DNA of 64,000 bases from Alphaproteobacteria bacterium (GTDB taxonomy: Bacteria; Pseudomonadota; Alphaproteobacteria; UBA8317): assembly GCA_038131935.1 (NCBI GenBank), contig JAYPQH010000018.1, positions 96,001 to 160,000 of the forward strand, given 5' to 3'. Shown here piece after piece: positions 1 to 11,640 of this stretch. Within the stretch, counting starts at the first letter, position 1. Each line of letters begins with the position of its first letter. A model generated the notes under the pieces. The model was not told the DNA's origin, searched no databases, and saw only the letters and a program-made list of their open reading frames with translations. The position numbers and the translations under genes are program-made.

Positions 1-363
1 ATATCCATTGCGCATGCCGCCCCGTTAGCGGTTGGGCTGAATTGCGCGCTTGGCGCCAAAGAGCTCCGTTCATATATCCTCGAATTGTCGCGTGCAGCGG
101 ATACCCATATTCTCACCTATCCAAATGCAGGGCTTCCAAATGCCATGGGTGGCTATGATGAAACACCAGACGATATGGCCGCTCATTTGGGCGCCTGGGC
201 ACGCGATGGGTTGGTCAATATCGTCGGAGGATGCTGTGGCAGCACCCCGGAACATATTCGTGCCATTGCAGATGCTGTTTCATCATACCCCCCACGGCAG
301 GTCCAACCTAGCCCTCCCGCATTGCGGCTGTCTGGCCTAGAGCCTTTTGAGGTGCGCGGATGA
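1..363 (+). CDS. metH: Methionine synthase, N-terminal homocysteine-binding module (5' part outside the window)
   Basis: Frame 1 is open from base 1: GLNCALG...YPNAGLPN...[12 protein letters not shown] (Zn-binding Cys motifs), ending [12 protein letters not shown]. Confidence 0.9.
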   Translation: MSIAHAAPLAVGLNCALGAKELRSYILELSRAADTHILTYPNAGLPNAMGGYDETPDDMAAHLGAWARDGLVNIVGGCCGSTPEHIRAIADAVSSYPPRQVQPSPPALRLSGLEPFEVRG

Positions 364-3001
364 ACACCTCTCGATTTATAAACATTGGTGAGCGCACCAA
401 CGTGGCAGGATCTGCCAAATTCAAAAAGCTTATTTTGAATGGTGATTTTGCACTGGCAGTGGACGTGGCCCGCCAACAGGTTGAGGCAGGTGCACAAATT
501 CTTGACATCAATATGGATGATGCCATGCTTGATGCAGAATACGCTATGTCAACATATTGTAACCTTTTGGCATCCGAGCCTGATATTTCACGGGTGCCCT
601 TCATGATTGATTCATCCAAATGGTCTGTTATTGAAGCCGGCCTCAAGGTTGTGCAGGGCAAACCTGTGGTCAATTCAATATCGCTCAAAGAAGGTGAAGA
701 TATCTTTTTAGAGCAAGCCCGTATCTTGCATCGGTTCGGCGCGGCGACGGTGGTCATGGGGTTTGATGAAACAGGCCAGGCAGAAACCGCGGATCACAAA
801 TATGAAATCGCCCAACGGGCTTACCACCTTTTGGTAGGACAGGGTTTCAACCCATCTGATATTATTTTTGACCCCAACATTTTTGCTGTTGGAACGGGCA
901 TTGAAGCGCATGATAACTATGCTGTCGACTTCTTCGATGCATGCCGATTGATCAAGGCTAACCTCCCCCATGCGCGGATTTCTGGAGGGGTATCAAATGT
1001 AAGCTTCTCCTTTAGAGGCAACAATGCGGTGCGCGAAGCTATCCATGCTGTTTTCCTATACCATGGGATCAAAGCAGGCTTGGATATGGCCATCGTCAAC
1101 GCTGGTGGTTTGCCCGTCTATGCTGATATTGATCCTGAATTACGAAATGGAATTGAAGACCTGTTGCTCAATAGACGCGAGGACGCCACCGAACGTATGC
1201 TTCAACTTGCTGAAGGACACCGTGGGGCGGGAGTCGGCACCAAAACAGCCGACCTAAGCTGGCGAGAGCAAGATGTTCGCGGCAGGCTTTCCCATGCGCT
1301 GGTCCATGGGCTCACAGATTTTATTGATGAGGATACCGAACAAGCAAGATGCGAAGCTGTACGCCCACTTGATGTCATTGAAGGCCCTTTAATGGATGGC
1401 ATGAATAAAGTTGGTGATCTTTTCGCTGAAGGAAAAATGTTCCTCCCACAAGTTGTCAAATCAGCCCGCGTGATGAAGCAAGCCGTCGCACATCTCCTGC
1501 CCTACATTGAAGCCGAAAAAAATGACCAAGAAATCGCAAAAGGCAAAGGCCGCATTTTGATGGCAACAGTAAAAGGGGATGTCCACGACATTGGCAAAAA
1601 TATTGTGGGTGTTGTTCTGCAATGTAATGATTTTGAAGTGATTGATCTCGGCGTGATGGTCCCACGGCAAAAATCATTGCAGCGGCCAAAGAACATAACG
1701 TTGACATGATTGGCCTATCAGGATTGATCACACCTTCGTTGGAAGAAATGGCCCATGTTGCCGCAGAAATGCAGCGTGAAGGAATGGAGATTCCATTGCT
1801 CATTGGCGGTGCCACGACAAGCAAAATTCACACGGCCTTAAAAATTGCACCAATGTATGACTTCCCTGTTGTGCATGTTACAGATGCCAGCCGAGCTGTG
1901 GGTGTATGTGCACAATTGGCATCAGCCCATGATCATGAGCGTTATGCCGCAGGAATCGCCGAGGAATATCAGGCCTTGAGAGAGGCAACCGAGCCAGGCT
2001 CATCACGGAAACTTGCGTCCTATGATGAGGCCTTGCGCAACAGATTGGCCCTCAACTGGGAGCAGTCTCCTCGACCAAAGCCATCATTCTATGGGGTACG
2101 TTGGTTTGACCATTACCCAGTGGCGGATTTGATAGATTATATTGACTGGAAGCCATTTTTTCAAACTTGGGAGCTTCATGGCAATTTTCCTGACATATTG
2201 ACCGACGAGAAAGTTGGAGAGGCAGCCTCAAGCCTGTATCAAGATGCCTGTGGCATGCTTAAAACCATTGCCCAAGAACAATGGTTTCGACCGCGCGCCG
2301 CTCTAGGGTTTTTCCCAGCCCATTCTGATGGTGAACATATTCACCTCACAAATCCTGACAATGGTCAGCCATTGGCCATGGTTCCATGCCTTCGCCAACA
2401 AATGAAACGGAACGGAAATCGTCCAAACCTATCTTTGGCTGATTTTGTCGCCCCTGAAGGCTACGGTGACAGCTTAGGTATGTTCGCCGTCACAACAGGA
2501 CCTCAAGTTGAAGAGCGAGCCCAAAAAGCACGTGCTGCTGGAGATGATTATCATGCCATCATGCTCCAAGCCCTCGGAGACCGGCTTGCTGAAGCACTTG
2601 CCGAAAAACTTCATGAGGATGTTCGAAAAGATCTATGGGGTTACAGCCCCAGTGAATCCTTTACCAACGAACAACTCATTCAAGAGGCCTATCAAGGCAT
2701 CAGGCCGGCACCGGGCTATCCTGCTTGTCCAGACCATGCAGGCAAGGAAATTATTTTCCACTTGTTGAAGGCAACAGATAGATTAGGAATGCAGCTAACA
2801 GAGTCATTGGCCATGACACCTGCCTCCTCTGTTTCAGGTTTGTACTTTGCCCATCCCCAAGCACGTTACTTTGGTGTGGGACGCCTTGGTGAAGATCAAA
2901 TAAAAGCTTACGCCGAAAAAACCGGTGAAGATGCCATGCACATCGCAGCGAGATTGCGTACGAGCTTGGCCTACGATATCCCCCGTCTTGCGCTATCATG
3001 A
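360..3001 (+). CDS. metH: Methionine synthase pterin-binding, cap, B12-binding and AdoMet-activation modules; frameshift near 1660 (probable sequencing indel)
   Basis: [26 protein letters not shown] (B12 motif), [25 protein letters not shown]; ORFs 360-1709 and 1706-3001 join if one C is added to the run at about 1661 ([20 protein letters not shown]). Confidence 0.93.
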
Positions 3002-3012
3002 AAGGATCCATC

Positions 3013-4173
3013 ATGCAGGACCAACCTCATTATATGTTTACTTCCGAATCCGTATCCGAAGGACATCCCGATAAGATCGCTGATCAAATCTCGGATGCTG
3101 TTTTGGACCTTTTCTTAAGCCGAGACAAACTGGCACGTGTTGCGTGCGAAACCTTGGTGACAACCAACAGAGTTGTGCTCGCGGGCGAGGTTAAAACCCA
3201 CCCGGATGTGGTGATTAGGCCTGACGAGATCTCTGACGCAGCTATTGGTGTGGCAGAACGAATTGGCTATGACCAGCTTGGTTTTTCTTACCGCAACCTA
3301 GCCGTGGATAACCATCTTCATCGGCAATCAGAGGATATTTCTCAAGGCGTTGATAAAGATGGCGCTGGTGACCAAGGTATCATGTTTGGTTTTGCCTGCG
3401 ATGAAACAGAAGAACTGATGCCAGCGGCGATTCACTACGCACATCGCCTGCTTCACTCCTTGTCAGAAGCCCGCCATCAAGGAGATGCGTCCATTTTGGG
3501 TCCAGATGGTAAAAGCCAGCTAACCCTTGTTTATGAAAATGGCAAACCAGTTGGCTGCGATACCGTTTTGGTCTCCCATCAGCACAAAGCCGGCGTTGAG
3601 CAAGATGAGATACGGGAACTGGTTCGTCAGCATGCCCTCAAGGTGCTACCTGATGGATGGATGTGCCCAGAGGAAACATTCTTCATCAACCCCACAGGTA
3701 AGTTCGAAATTGGTGGCCCTCATGGCGATGCCGGTCTTACCGGACGAAAAATCATCGTGGATACCTACGGTGGGGCCGCTTGTCATGGTGGCGGTGCATT
3801 CTCTGGAAAAGATCCAACAAAAGTGGACCGCTCTGCAGCGTATGCAGCACGTTATTTGGCGAAAAATGTGGTTGCTGCACAATTGGCACGGCGCTGCACC
3901 ATCCAATTGTCCTATGCTATTGGCGTGGCCAAGCCTCTCTCCATTTTTGTTGATTTCCACGGCACAGGAGAAGTTGATCCAAGCCGAACAGGACAAATCT
4001 TGATGGACATGATGGACCTTTCGCCACGCGGTATCCGCGAAAAGTTAGACCTCAACCGTCCCATCTATCAGCAGACAGCTGCCTATGGTCACTTCGGCCG
4101 CAAGCCTGATGCAGATGGAAGCTTCACATGGGAATTGACCGATTTGGCTGACAGCCTACGTGGGCAATTCTAA
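3013..4173 (+). CDS. metK: S-adenosylmethionine synthetase
   Basis: [35 protein letters not shown] motifs. Confidence 0.98.
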   Translation: MQDQPHYMFTSESVSEGHPDKIADQISDAVLDLFLSRDKLARVACETLVTTNRVVLAGEVKTHPDVVIRPDEISDAAIGVAERIGYDQLGFSYRNLAVDNHLHRQSEDISQGVDKDGAGDQGIMFGFACDETEELMPAAIHYAHRLLHSLSEARHQGDASILGPDGKSQLTLVYENGKPVGCDTVLVSHQHKAGVEQDEIRELVRQHALKVLPDGWMCPEETFFINPTGKFEIGGPHGDAGLTGRKIIVDTYGGAACHGGGAFSGKDPTKVDRSAAYAARYLAKNVVAAQLARRCTIQLSYAIGVAKPLSIFVDFHGTGEVDPSRTGQILMDMMDLSPRGIREKLDLNRPIYQQTAAYGHFGRKPDADGSFTWELTDLADSLRGQF

Positions 4174-4692
4174 GAGGCCAATTCGTGGAGGGCTCTTTGA
4201 GCCCCTCCACGCCAATCCCAGCATAAAACCCTCATATACCCAACTTTTGTACCCAGCCATGTTGCTCTGAATATCCTCAAGTGGCTCATAATCATTCAGA
4301 TGGCGTGCCAACCCTTTTCCCATAGACTTGACCATTGCTTCACGGCGTACCCACTGCCGAAGCGCGGATGACTGAGCCGCGTCAGGGCTTAATATATGTA
4401 AGCCCACACGTTCTGAGTTTGGCCAAAAACGGGTGACAATACGCTCAATATTGATTTTTCTATCGACCCGCTCGATATCCACCCCAATGGATAATGTTTG
4501 TGAAATAGCAATGATTTCGTGATGGTCTGTGTGGGCGGCTGAAGCAAAATAACGCTGCTTGTGGCATAAGCAGAAAGGCTGTCCATGCTCATGATAGTGC
4601 CATGTTGCAGGCGCCCCCAACAGATGCCTTAAACCTGCCAAACGATCTTGCGTGCGTGCATAAGGCAACATAAAGCAGAATATCGTAATCAT
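4156..4692 (-). CDS. Sfp-type 4'-phosphopantetheinyl transferase (short)
   Basis: HEHGQP, SAAHT, IGVDIE and [15 protein letters not shown] (WxxKEA-like) motifs. Confidence 0.8.
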   Translation of the reverse strand: MITIFCFMLPYARTQDRLAGLRHLLGAPATWHYHEHGQPFCLCHKQRYFASAAHTDHHEIIAISQTLSIGVDIERVDRKINIERIVTRFWPNSERVGLHILSPDAAQSSALRQWVRREAMVKSMGKGLARHLNDYEPLEDIQSNMAGYKSWVYEGFMLGLAWRGSKSPPRIGLLELPT

Positions 4693-4710
4693 GTTCCAGG
4701 AGATTCAAAG

Positions 4711-5682
4711 ATGACATCAGACCACAGACCTACTTCACAAAATGTCCAAGAAGCCTATGGTCTTTTACGTCACCATGTCACTCAAACACCTATTATTGCG
4801 CACCCTACCTTCCAATCGGCGTCAGGGACAAGCCTGCGCATCAAGGCTGAATGTCTGCAGCAGACTGGGTCATTCAAATATCGCGGAGCGCGTTATGCGT
4901 GCATGAAAGCCGCCGAACAGGGTGCAACGTCCGTGTTGGCCTACTCTTCTGGCAACCATGCTCAAGGCATCGCACGTGCCGCTCGGCAACTCGGTATGAA
5001 GGCAACCATCATCATGCCTCATGATGCGCCTGCACTTAAAATGCAGCGTGTGCGGGACGATGGTGCAGAGTTGATAACCTACCAACGTGGCGTGGAATCC
5101 CGAGAGGATCTAGGCGCTGAGCATGCAAAAAAAACAGGCGCGGTGCTGATAAAACCTTATGACGAACCTCATGTCATCATGGGCCAAGGAAGTTTAGGCC
5201 TAGAACTCTGCCAACAGCTTGATGAACCTCATGATATCATCGTGTGTTGCGGCGGGGGTGGTTTGACCGCAGGTGTGGCCTTGGCATTGGATGGGTCTGG
5301 GCATCGACTCTGGCTTGCGGAGCCTGCGGGTTTTGATGACTGGAAACGTTCACTTGAGACACAAACGCGACAATCTAATGACAAAGAATATGGTTCTATC
5401 TGTGATGCTATCATGACCCCAACCCCTGGTGAGATCACCTTCGACATTGTTAAAACCAGGGCATCAGGTGGGTTTGCGGTATCAGAACAGGAAGTATGTG
5501 AAGCCATGCGTTTTGCCTGGCGTGAGGCCAAGATCACTGCCGAACCAGGCGGGGCTGTAGCACTTGCAGCCGCTTTGTTCCATATCAAAACCGATCGCCC
5601 AGTTTGTGCCGTTGTGACAGGTGGAAATGCCGTCCCTGAGCTTTTTGCCCAGATTATCTCAGGAACCTACATCCCGGCGTAA
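4711..5682 (+). CDS. Threonine/serine dehydratase (PLP fold II, serine racemase-like)
   Basis: [35 protein letters not shown]. Confidence 0.92.
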   Translation: MTSDHRPTSQNVQEAYGLLRHHVTQTPIIAHPTFQSASGTSLRIKAECLQQTGSFKYRGARYACMKAAEQGATSVLAYSSGNHAQGIARAARQLGMKATIIMPHDAPALKMQRVRDDGAELITYQRGVESREDLGAEHAKKTGAVLIKPYDEPHVIMGQGSLGLELCQQLDEPHDIIVCCGGGGLTAGVALALDGSGHRLWLAEPAGFDDWKRSLETQTRQSNDKEYGSICDAIMTPTPGEITFDIVKTRASGGFAVSEQEVCEAMRFAWREAKITAEPGGAVALAAALFHIKTDRPVCAVVTGGNAVPELFAQIISGTYIPA

Positions 5683-6135
5683 AAGCCTCTGTTTTTGCCG
5701 ATCCCAGTCCCGTTTCTTATCTGTCTCGCGCTTGTCATGGGCCTTTTTACCTTTTGCGATGCCCAAAAGGAGTTTGGCACGGCCGCGCTCATCAAAATAT
5801 ATTTTAAGCGGAACAAGGGTCATACCTTCACGGTTGACCACACCCCTTAAACGATCAATTTCCCGGCGGTGCAGAAGCAATTTCCTTTTTCGCCGGGGCT
5901 CATGATTATACCGATTGCCTTGCTCATATTCAGGAATATGAGCATTGATCAGCCACATCTCACCAGTCTCAGGGCTTGCATAGCTCTCTTGGATGTTGGC
6001 ACGACCATTACGCAAGCTTTTGACTTCTGTTCCTGTCAACATCAGGCCAGCTTCGACCGTATCCTCTACAGCATATTCATGCCGCGCCTTTCGGTTCTCG
6101 GCGACGACCTTCCCATGACCATCTGATTTGCTCAT
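5659..6135 (-). CDS. smpB: SsrA-binding protein
   Basis: [33 protein letters not shown]. Confidence 0.98.
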   Translation of the reverse strand: MSKSDGHGKVVAENRKARHEYAVEDTVEAGLMLTGTEVKSLRNGRANIQESYASPETGEMWLINAHIPEYEQGNRYNHEPRRKRKLLLHRREIDRLRGVVNREGMTLVPLKIYFDERGRAKLLLGIAKGKKAHDKRETDKKRDWDRQKQRLLRRDVGS

Positions 6136-6140
6136 TTGGA

Positions 6141-7028
6141 TTATGCACTGATCCCAGCATGATCGAGCGCAGCATCCACCTGGCGGGCTACATGCTCAGG
6201 AACCTTAACCAAGGGTAAGCGCAATTCCTCTCGGATCATGCCCATTTTCGCCAAGGCATATTTGGCAGGCGCAGGACTTGGATAGGCAAACAGGGCGTCA
6301 TGCAATGGCATCAACTTATCCTGTATCTCCAAGGCCTTTGCAAAATCACCCTTCAAACAGGCTTCTTGATATGCCGCACATAGGGCTGGAGCCACATTGG
6401 CCGTTACAGAAATCACACCATGCGCCCCCATGGCCATCGCACCCAAAGTCGTGGCATCTTCCCCGCTCAATTGGATAAAATCTTTACCACAGGCCAGGCG
6501 CTGCTGTGAAATTCGCTCCAACTTTGCAGTGGCATCTTTTACACCGACAATATTGGGGATTTCAGCTAAGCGTGCCATGGTATCGACGGACATATCGACA
6601 ATAGAACGTCCGGGGATATTGTAGATAAAAATGGGAAGTGATGTCGCTGCAGCAACTGCGGCAAAATGCGCATAAAGACCTTCTTGGGAAGGCTTGTTGT
6701 AATAAGGTGTTACCACCAAAGCTGCATCAGCCCCAACATTTTCTGCGTGACGCGCAAATCCAATAGCCTCAGCGGTGGCGTTTGAACCTGCCCCTGCCAT
6801 CACCGGAATACGCCCATTGGCTTTGGCCACTGTTACAGCAACCACTTGTTCATGCTCTTCATGGGTTAACGTTGGGGACTCTCCTGTGGTACCAACAGGA
6901 ACGAGTCCATGGGTTCCTTGATCGATGTGCCATTCGATCAAACGCTCAAGCGCTTCATAATCAACGGCGCCATCTTGAAAAGGTGTCACCAAGGCTACGC
7001 TAGAACCGTGAAAGGTCGTGTCAGACAT
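6141..7028 (-). CDS. dapA: 4-hydroxy-tetrahydrodipicolinate synthase
   Basis: [27 protein letters not shown]; adjacent to smpB as usual in alphaproteobacteria. Confidence 0.97.
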   Translation of the reverse strand: MSDTTFHGSSVALVTPFQDGAVDYEALERLIEWHIDQGTHGLVPVGTTGESPTLTHEEHEQVVAVTVAKANGRIPVMAGAGSNATAEAIGFARHAENVGADAALVVTPYYNKPSQEGLYAHFAAVAAATSLPIFIYNIPGRSIVDMSVDTMARLAEIPNIVGVKDATAKLERISQQRLACGKDFIQLSGEDATTLGAMAMGAHGVISVTANVAPALCAAYQEACLKGDFAKALEIQDKLMPLHDALFAYPSPAPAKYALAKMGMIREELRLPLVKVPEHVARQVDAALDHAGISA

Positions 7029-7107
7029 GCCAAATTTCTTTCATTCACAATGTTTCAATTATCGCCATTGTAAAACGGCCCGCCTTGGGGGGCAAGCGAA
7101 GTTGTGG

Positions 7108-8952
7108 ATGAAAGCGATGCTTTTGCAAATTGGCATCATTTTAAGTTCAAGCTGTTTTTTTACGGCATTTGCTGCGGCTACCGATGTCAAGGCTTGTCGT
7201 GATATTGACCATCACGAGCCAGCCATACAGCTCGCCGCACAACATCTCTGTATAAAGTCAGACGCGTCTGATCAAACGCGGCTGAAGGCATGGCGTAGCT
7301 TATGGGCCAAACATCCAGACTATCCAATGCGCAGGGCTTTAGACAGAGATATGGAAAAATTCTCGCGCAATATGCAACCCCTGAAGAGCTAAAGGCTGTA
7401 TTTACAGGCATGGAGCCTCAGACAGAAGAAAGCCTTATGGCCCTTATGAGGTCATATCTGGGCCAAAACCACTGAGCGGGCAGCGATGGCCTTACGAACA
7501 TATTGGCGTGGCGGGCATGAGCTCGACCAAAAGACATTTCAAACATGGGTTCAAAAAACAGGCGCACGCATCTGGCGCGAAGATCATTTGCACAGGTTTC
7601 GCAAACTTGCTGCCAAACGCGCCTATGCCCAAGCAAAATCTTTGATACCTCTTTTGGAAAAATCCTGTCGCAAAGATGCCCTTGCGTATCTTGAATGCCG
7701 CTCAGGGAAAGGATCCTGCGCCCCACGAAACAAGGTCTGTCTTCGTGCTGATTTTGTTCTCCAACAAGCCTATGTATTTGACAAACAGAATGATTTTTCA
7801 AGCCTGGCTGCCCTGTTGTTGCTGGAGCAAAAATCATTACCAGGGAGTTGGAGCCCAAATCATGGCTCAGTCCCCCTTATTCTGGCTCGAAGCCTCATAG
7901 AAGCCAAAAAAACCGATGCAGCTCTTGCCTTCACCGCTGCAGGTGCACGCTATCGCCATGATGATCCAGAAGCGATCTGGCTTTATGGATATACACTTCT
8001 TCGCCTTGCCCAAAAACCTCAAAAAGCCGCTGAAATCTTCAGCTTTTTCACAAGCAAAGTCTCATCGCCTATCTCTCGTGCCCGCGGGTATTATTGGGCT
8101 GCTTTGGCATATGAAAAGGCTTCACAATCACGTCAAGCCAATGACATTCTCCAAAAATGCGCTCAAGAATGGTCAACATTTTATGGTCAAGAATGTGGCC
8201 GGAAATTGGGTCTTCGCTCGCTTCCAATTACTGATGACCGCCGTCATGCTTCTTCACCTCCTCAACTTCCTTTTCTGGAGACCGCGACCATCTTACATGA
8301 TCGTTTTGATGCCTCCACCGAAGCCCTAAGCCTATTGGCCGCACTCACCCGCACGGCTACTGCAGAGGATATGGATCAGCTGGTGGAGCGTGCATTTGAT
8401 GCAGGCGGGATTCTCTATCATGTTGTAACAGGCCGCAGGCTTGCCTTCCGCAATTTGGTGTCTCGCCCTCTCTCCTTTCCGCGCCCCGAACTCCCACTTT
8501 CAAACATTCTTCCACCCGCTTTGACTTATGGAATCATCCGTCAAGAAAGCTCCTTCCAAGAAGACGCACGCTCGCGTGCGAATGCCCTTGGCTTGATGCA
8601 AATCATCCCCAGCACGGGGAAACAATATGTTGCCAACCGCTCACGGCTGCTCAATCCAAAGACAAATATTCAGGTGGGGTCGCGCTATATGCAAGATCTT
8701 TTAGAGCGCTATGATCAAAACCTTATTCTTGCCATGGCTGCCTATAATGCAGGGCCTTCAACTGTTGATCAATGGATTGAACGGTTTGGATCAGGCAACA
8801 AAGATGACATGATCGATTGGATAGAAATGATCCCCTATGGAGAGACACGTGGATATGTTCAGCGTATTCCCGCTGGTGCGCGGATTTATCTTGATGGGGA
8901 GAATGATGAAGTGTCCCTTGTATCTGTCAACGAACTTATTCATGCCCGTTGA
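7108..8952 (+). CDS. Soluble lytic murein transglycosylase (Slt-like); apparent frameshifts around 7380-7490
   Basis: Signal peptide at 7108; C-terminal IIRQESSF, ALGLMQI, AAYNAGP, ETRGYV; divergent from dapA as in the conserved locus. Confidence 0.85.
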
Positions 8953-9785
8953 TGTTGAAAAAATTTGAGCAGTTCTTTTCCCTCGCACTGAGGGTCCAAA
9001 TAGGGCGCATGGCCAGCACCAGCCACCCTCAAAAGTTTTGCTTGAGGCTGCAAAGCCATCATTGAAGCGCAAATATCATTGGTCAGAAGCAAAGAGTCAG
9101 CACCCTGAACCACCAAAAGAGGCATATCAAGTTGAGCAAAATGAGACCAAAGCTCTGCCATGTCTTCAGGATGTGCGACCGCGGCGGCCACAACTTCAGG
9201 ATCATGCTGAAAGCCATATTTGCCATCATCATCGCGGCGAATGCTATGATGAAGAAATTCAGCCCAACGTCTCTCGTCTTGAATGCCAAAGGGTGCATAA
9301 AGCTGCTTGATCATTGCAAAAAACTCAGAGGCTTTGGCAAAGCGCATGGGTTGTGATGCATATTGAACGATGGCCGCAGCAACATCAGGTGGGACTTCTG
9401 GGCCTATATCATTGAGACATAGTGATAATATCCGACCTTTCAGCATATGCTGACTTCCATAAAGTGCAATCAATCCACCTAGTGAAGTCCCCAACCAATG
9501 GACAGCATCAATATTGAGTTCATCCAATACCCAAGCTATCTGCTGGCTATATGTTCCCAACCGGTAGCCCTCTTTGGGATCAGATGACCAACTGGACAAA
9601 CCTCTTCCTGGTAAATCAGGCAAAATCAATTGGAATTTCTCACCCAATACTGGCTCGAGGTGATCAAAGTCATGCCCAGTGCGTGTGAGTCCATGGAGAC
9701 ATAACAAAGCAGGGGCATCCGGTTTCCCCATCACCCGCACATGGATTTCTGTATCACCGAAACTCAAAAAATGTTGGGCAAACAT
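8940..9785 (-). CDS. Alpha/beta hydrolase resembling intracellular 3-hydroxybutyrate-oligomer hydrolases (PhaZc/PhaY type)
   Basis: CLHGLTRTGHDFD, PDLPGRG, WLGTSLGG nucleophile elbow, NDIGP, GHAP. Confidence 0.8.
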   Translation of the reverse strand: MFAQHFLSFGDTEIHVRVMGKPDAPALLCLHGLTRTGHDFDHLEPVLGEKFQLILPDLPGRGLSSWSSDPKEGYRLGTYSQQIAWVLDELNIDAVHWLGTSLGGLIALYGSQHMLKGRILSLCLNDIGPEVPPDVAAAIVQYASQPMRFAKASEFFAMIKQLYAPFGIQDERRWAEFLHHSIRRDDDGKYGFQHDPEVVAAAVAHPEDMAELWSHFAQLDMPLLVVQGADSLLLTNDICASMMALQPQAKLLRVAGAGHAPYLDPQCEGKELLKFFQHQRA

Positions 9786-9805
9786 TTACAAAGGTCCCTT
9801 TTCCA

Positions 9806-11533
9806 TCATGTTGAGAAATGTTGGGGGTCAAGCGTCACCATCGCTTCATGCTGTGACAGAAAAATCTCACCACTAAGAGCATGCAAGAAAAAAGATCGTT
9901 GCAACCGATCCATCACGGGGCCCTTTACTTCGGACAAATGAAGGCGCACGCCCGCATCTTCAAGGCGATGATTAAGTTCTTCGAGACCCTCCAATGCAGA
10001 AAAGTCGATAAAATTAACCGCCGAACACATCAAAACAACATCCCGCACATCCTTGTTTTCTGCGACCTCCATCAGCACCAAATCTTCAAGTTTTCTGATG
10101 TTGGCAAAAAACAAATTTTCATCCAACCGTAACGCAAAAACATGCGCAGACGTATGCACATGATGACGTTTTACGTTACGGTAATGTTGGGTTCCAGGAA
10201 CACGCCCCACCACAGCAGCATGGGGCTGTGAAAGCCTGTAAAGAACGAATACAAGCCCAAGACCAACACCTGCCACAATTCCCAACTCAACCCCGACAGA
10301 TAAGGTCACCAGCATTGTTGACAATTGCGCAAAAAAATCTGCTTTGGAGTAAGACCAAGCCTGCCAAAGTGATTTAAAATTCACCAACGACAATACCGCC
10401 ACCATGATTGTTGCAGCCAATGTCGCCTTGGGCAGATAGAACAGAAAAGGCGTCAGGTACCAAGTAGCAAGACCAATCCCAAACGCTGTGAAAATGCCCG
10501 CGGCTGGGGTAGCTGCACCCGCGTCAAAATTCACCACAGAACGGGCAAATCCTCCTGTGACAGGATAGCCTCCACTCAACCCAGAGGCAATATTGGCTGC
10601 TCCTAAACCTAGCAATTCTTGATCTGGATCAATATGTTGGCGTTTTTTGGCAGCCAATGTTTGCGCCACAGAAACAGATTCAACAAAACCTACCAAAGAT
10701 ATCAGCAAGGCAGGTAGCAAAAGGGCTGATAACATCTCAGAGCTGGGAAGCTGCAAACCCAAGGAAGGCAAGCCTTGCGGGATAGACCCCACGATGGCCA
10801 CTCCCTTTTGATCCAACCCCCCAAATGCTGTGAGCATGATGGTCACCGCGACTGCAGCCACAGGCCCAGCTTTTACCACGATATCAGCAATTTTTGGCGG
10901 CACACCCCATTGAAGCAGTAATGGCTTACATTTTTGCCGCATGAACAACAAAAAGCCCAACGTACCAAAGCCAATAAAAAATGTGATAAGATTGATCTCA
11001 TCCAAACGTGTGAACAGTTCAACCAACAAACTTGGCACATGATGGCCTGATGCAGAGATGCCGAGGAGATGCTTAAGTTGTGAGGCAGCAATCAGAAGCC
11101 CTGATGCAGAAATAAACCCCGAAATCACAGGATGTGATAAAAAATTTGCCAAAAAACCAAGACGAAGAATACCCATGGCGCACAACATCAAACCCGAAAG
11201 ACATGCCAACCCCACGGCGAGCAAAATTTTTGTGTCAGGGTCATCGACCCCTAAATTGCCAATCGCGGCTGCTGTCATGAGGGAGACAACCGCCACTGGC
11301 CCCACCGCTAAAGATGACGACGTACCCAGCAATCCATAGGCAACAAGAGGCAAAATGGATGCATAAAGACCAACTTCTGCAGGAAGGCCTGCCAATAACG
11401 CATAAGCCAAAGATTGTGGGATCAACATGATGGTCACAATCAAGGCCGCGAATAGGTCATCACCAAAGTGATGTGCGTTATACTGTCGTCCCCAAGTCAA
11501 TGGGGGAAAAAATTTGTGCCAATCAGCTGCCAT
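9806..11533 (-). CDS. sulP: SulP/SLC26 anion transporter with STAS domain
   Basis: IPQSLAYALLAGLP, GLYAS, GGFARSVVN, C-terminal LFFAN...FIDFSAL. Confidence 0.95.
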   Translation of the reverse strand: MAADWHKFFPPLTWGRQYNAHHFGDDLFAALIVTIMLIPQSLAYALLAGLPAEVGLYASILPLVAYGLLGTSSSLAVGPVAVVSLMTAAAIGNLGVDDPDTKILLAVGLACLSGLMLCAMGILRLGFLANFLSHPVISGFISASGLLIAASQLKHLLGISASGHHVPSLLVELFTRLDEINLITFFIGFGTLGFLLFMRQKCKPLLLQWGVPPKIADIVVKAGPVAAVAVTIMLTAFGGLDQKGVAIVGSIPQGLPSLGLQLPSSEMLSALLLPALLISLVGFVESVSVAQTLAAKKRQHIDPDQELLGLGAANIASGLSGGYPVTGGFARSVVNFDAGAATPAAGIFTAFGIGLATWYLTPFLFYLPKATLAATIMVAVLSLVNFKSLWQAWSYSKADFFAQLSTMLVTLSVGVELGIVAGVGLGLVFVLYRLSQPHAAVVGRVPGTQHYRNVKRHHVHTSAHVFALRLDENLFFANIRKLEDLVLMEVAENKDVRDVVLMCSAVNFIDFSALEGLEELNHRLEDAGVRLHLSEVKGPVMDRLQRSFFLHALSGEIFLSQHEAMVTLDPQHFST

Positions 11534-11640
11534 GTTTGCCTCCTTACATGCGCAAAGTGCTTGACCTCAGCAAGCAGGCTGTGACAGCCCTGGGGTAAGT
11601 TGTCTCTAACCTACATCAACAATTTGAGGATGTGATCATC

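Noticed and set aside
5659-6135. tmRNA (ssrA) expected near smpB
   Set aside because: No tRNA-like tmRNA ends were recognised in the window.
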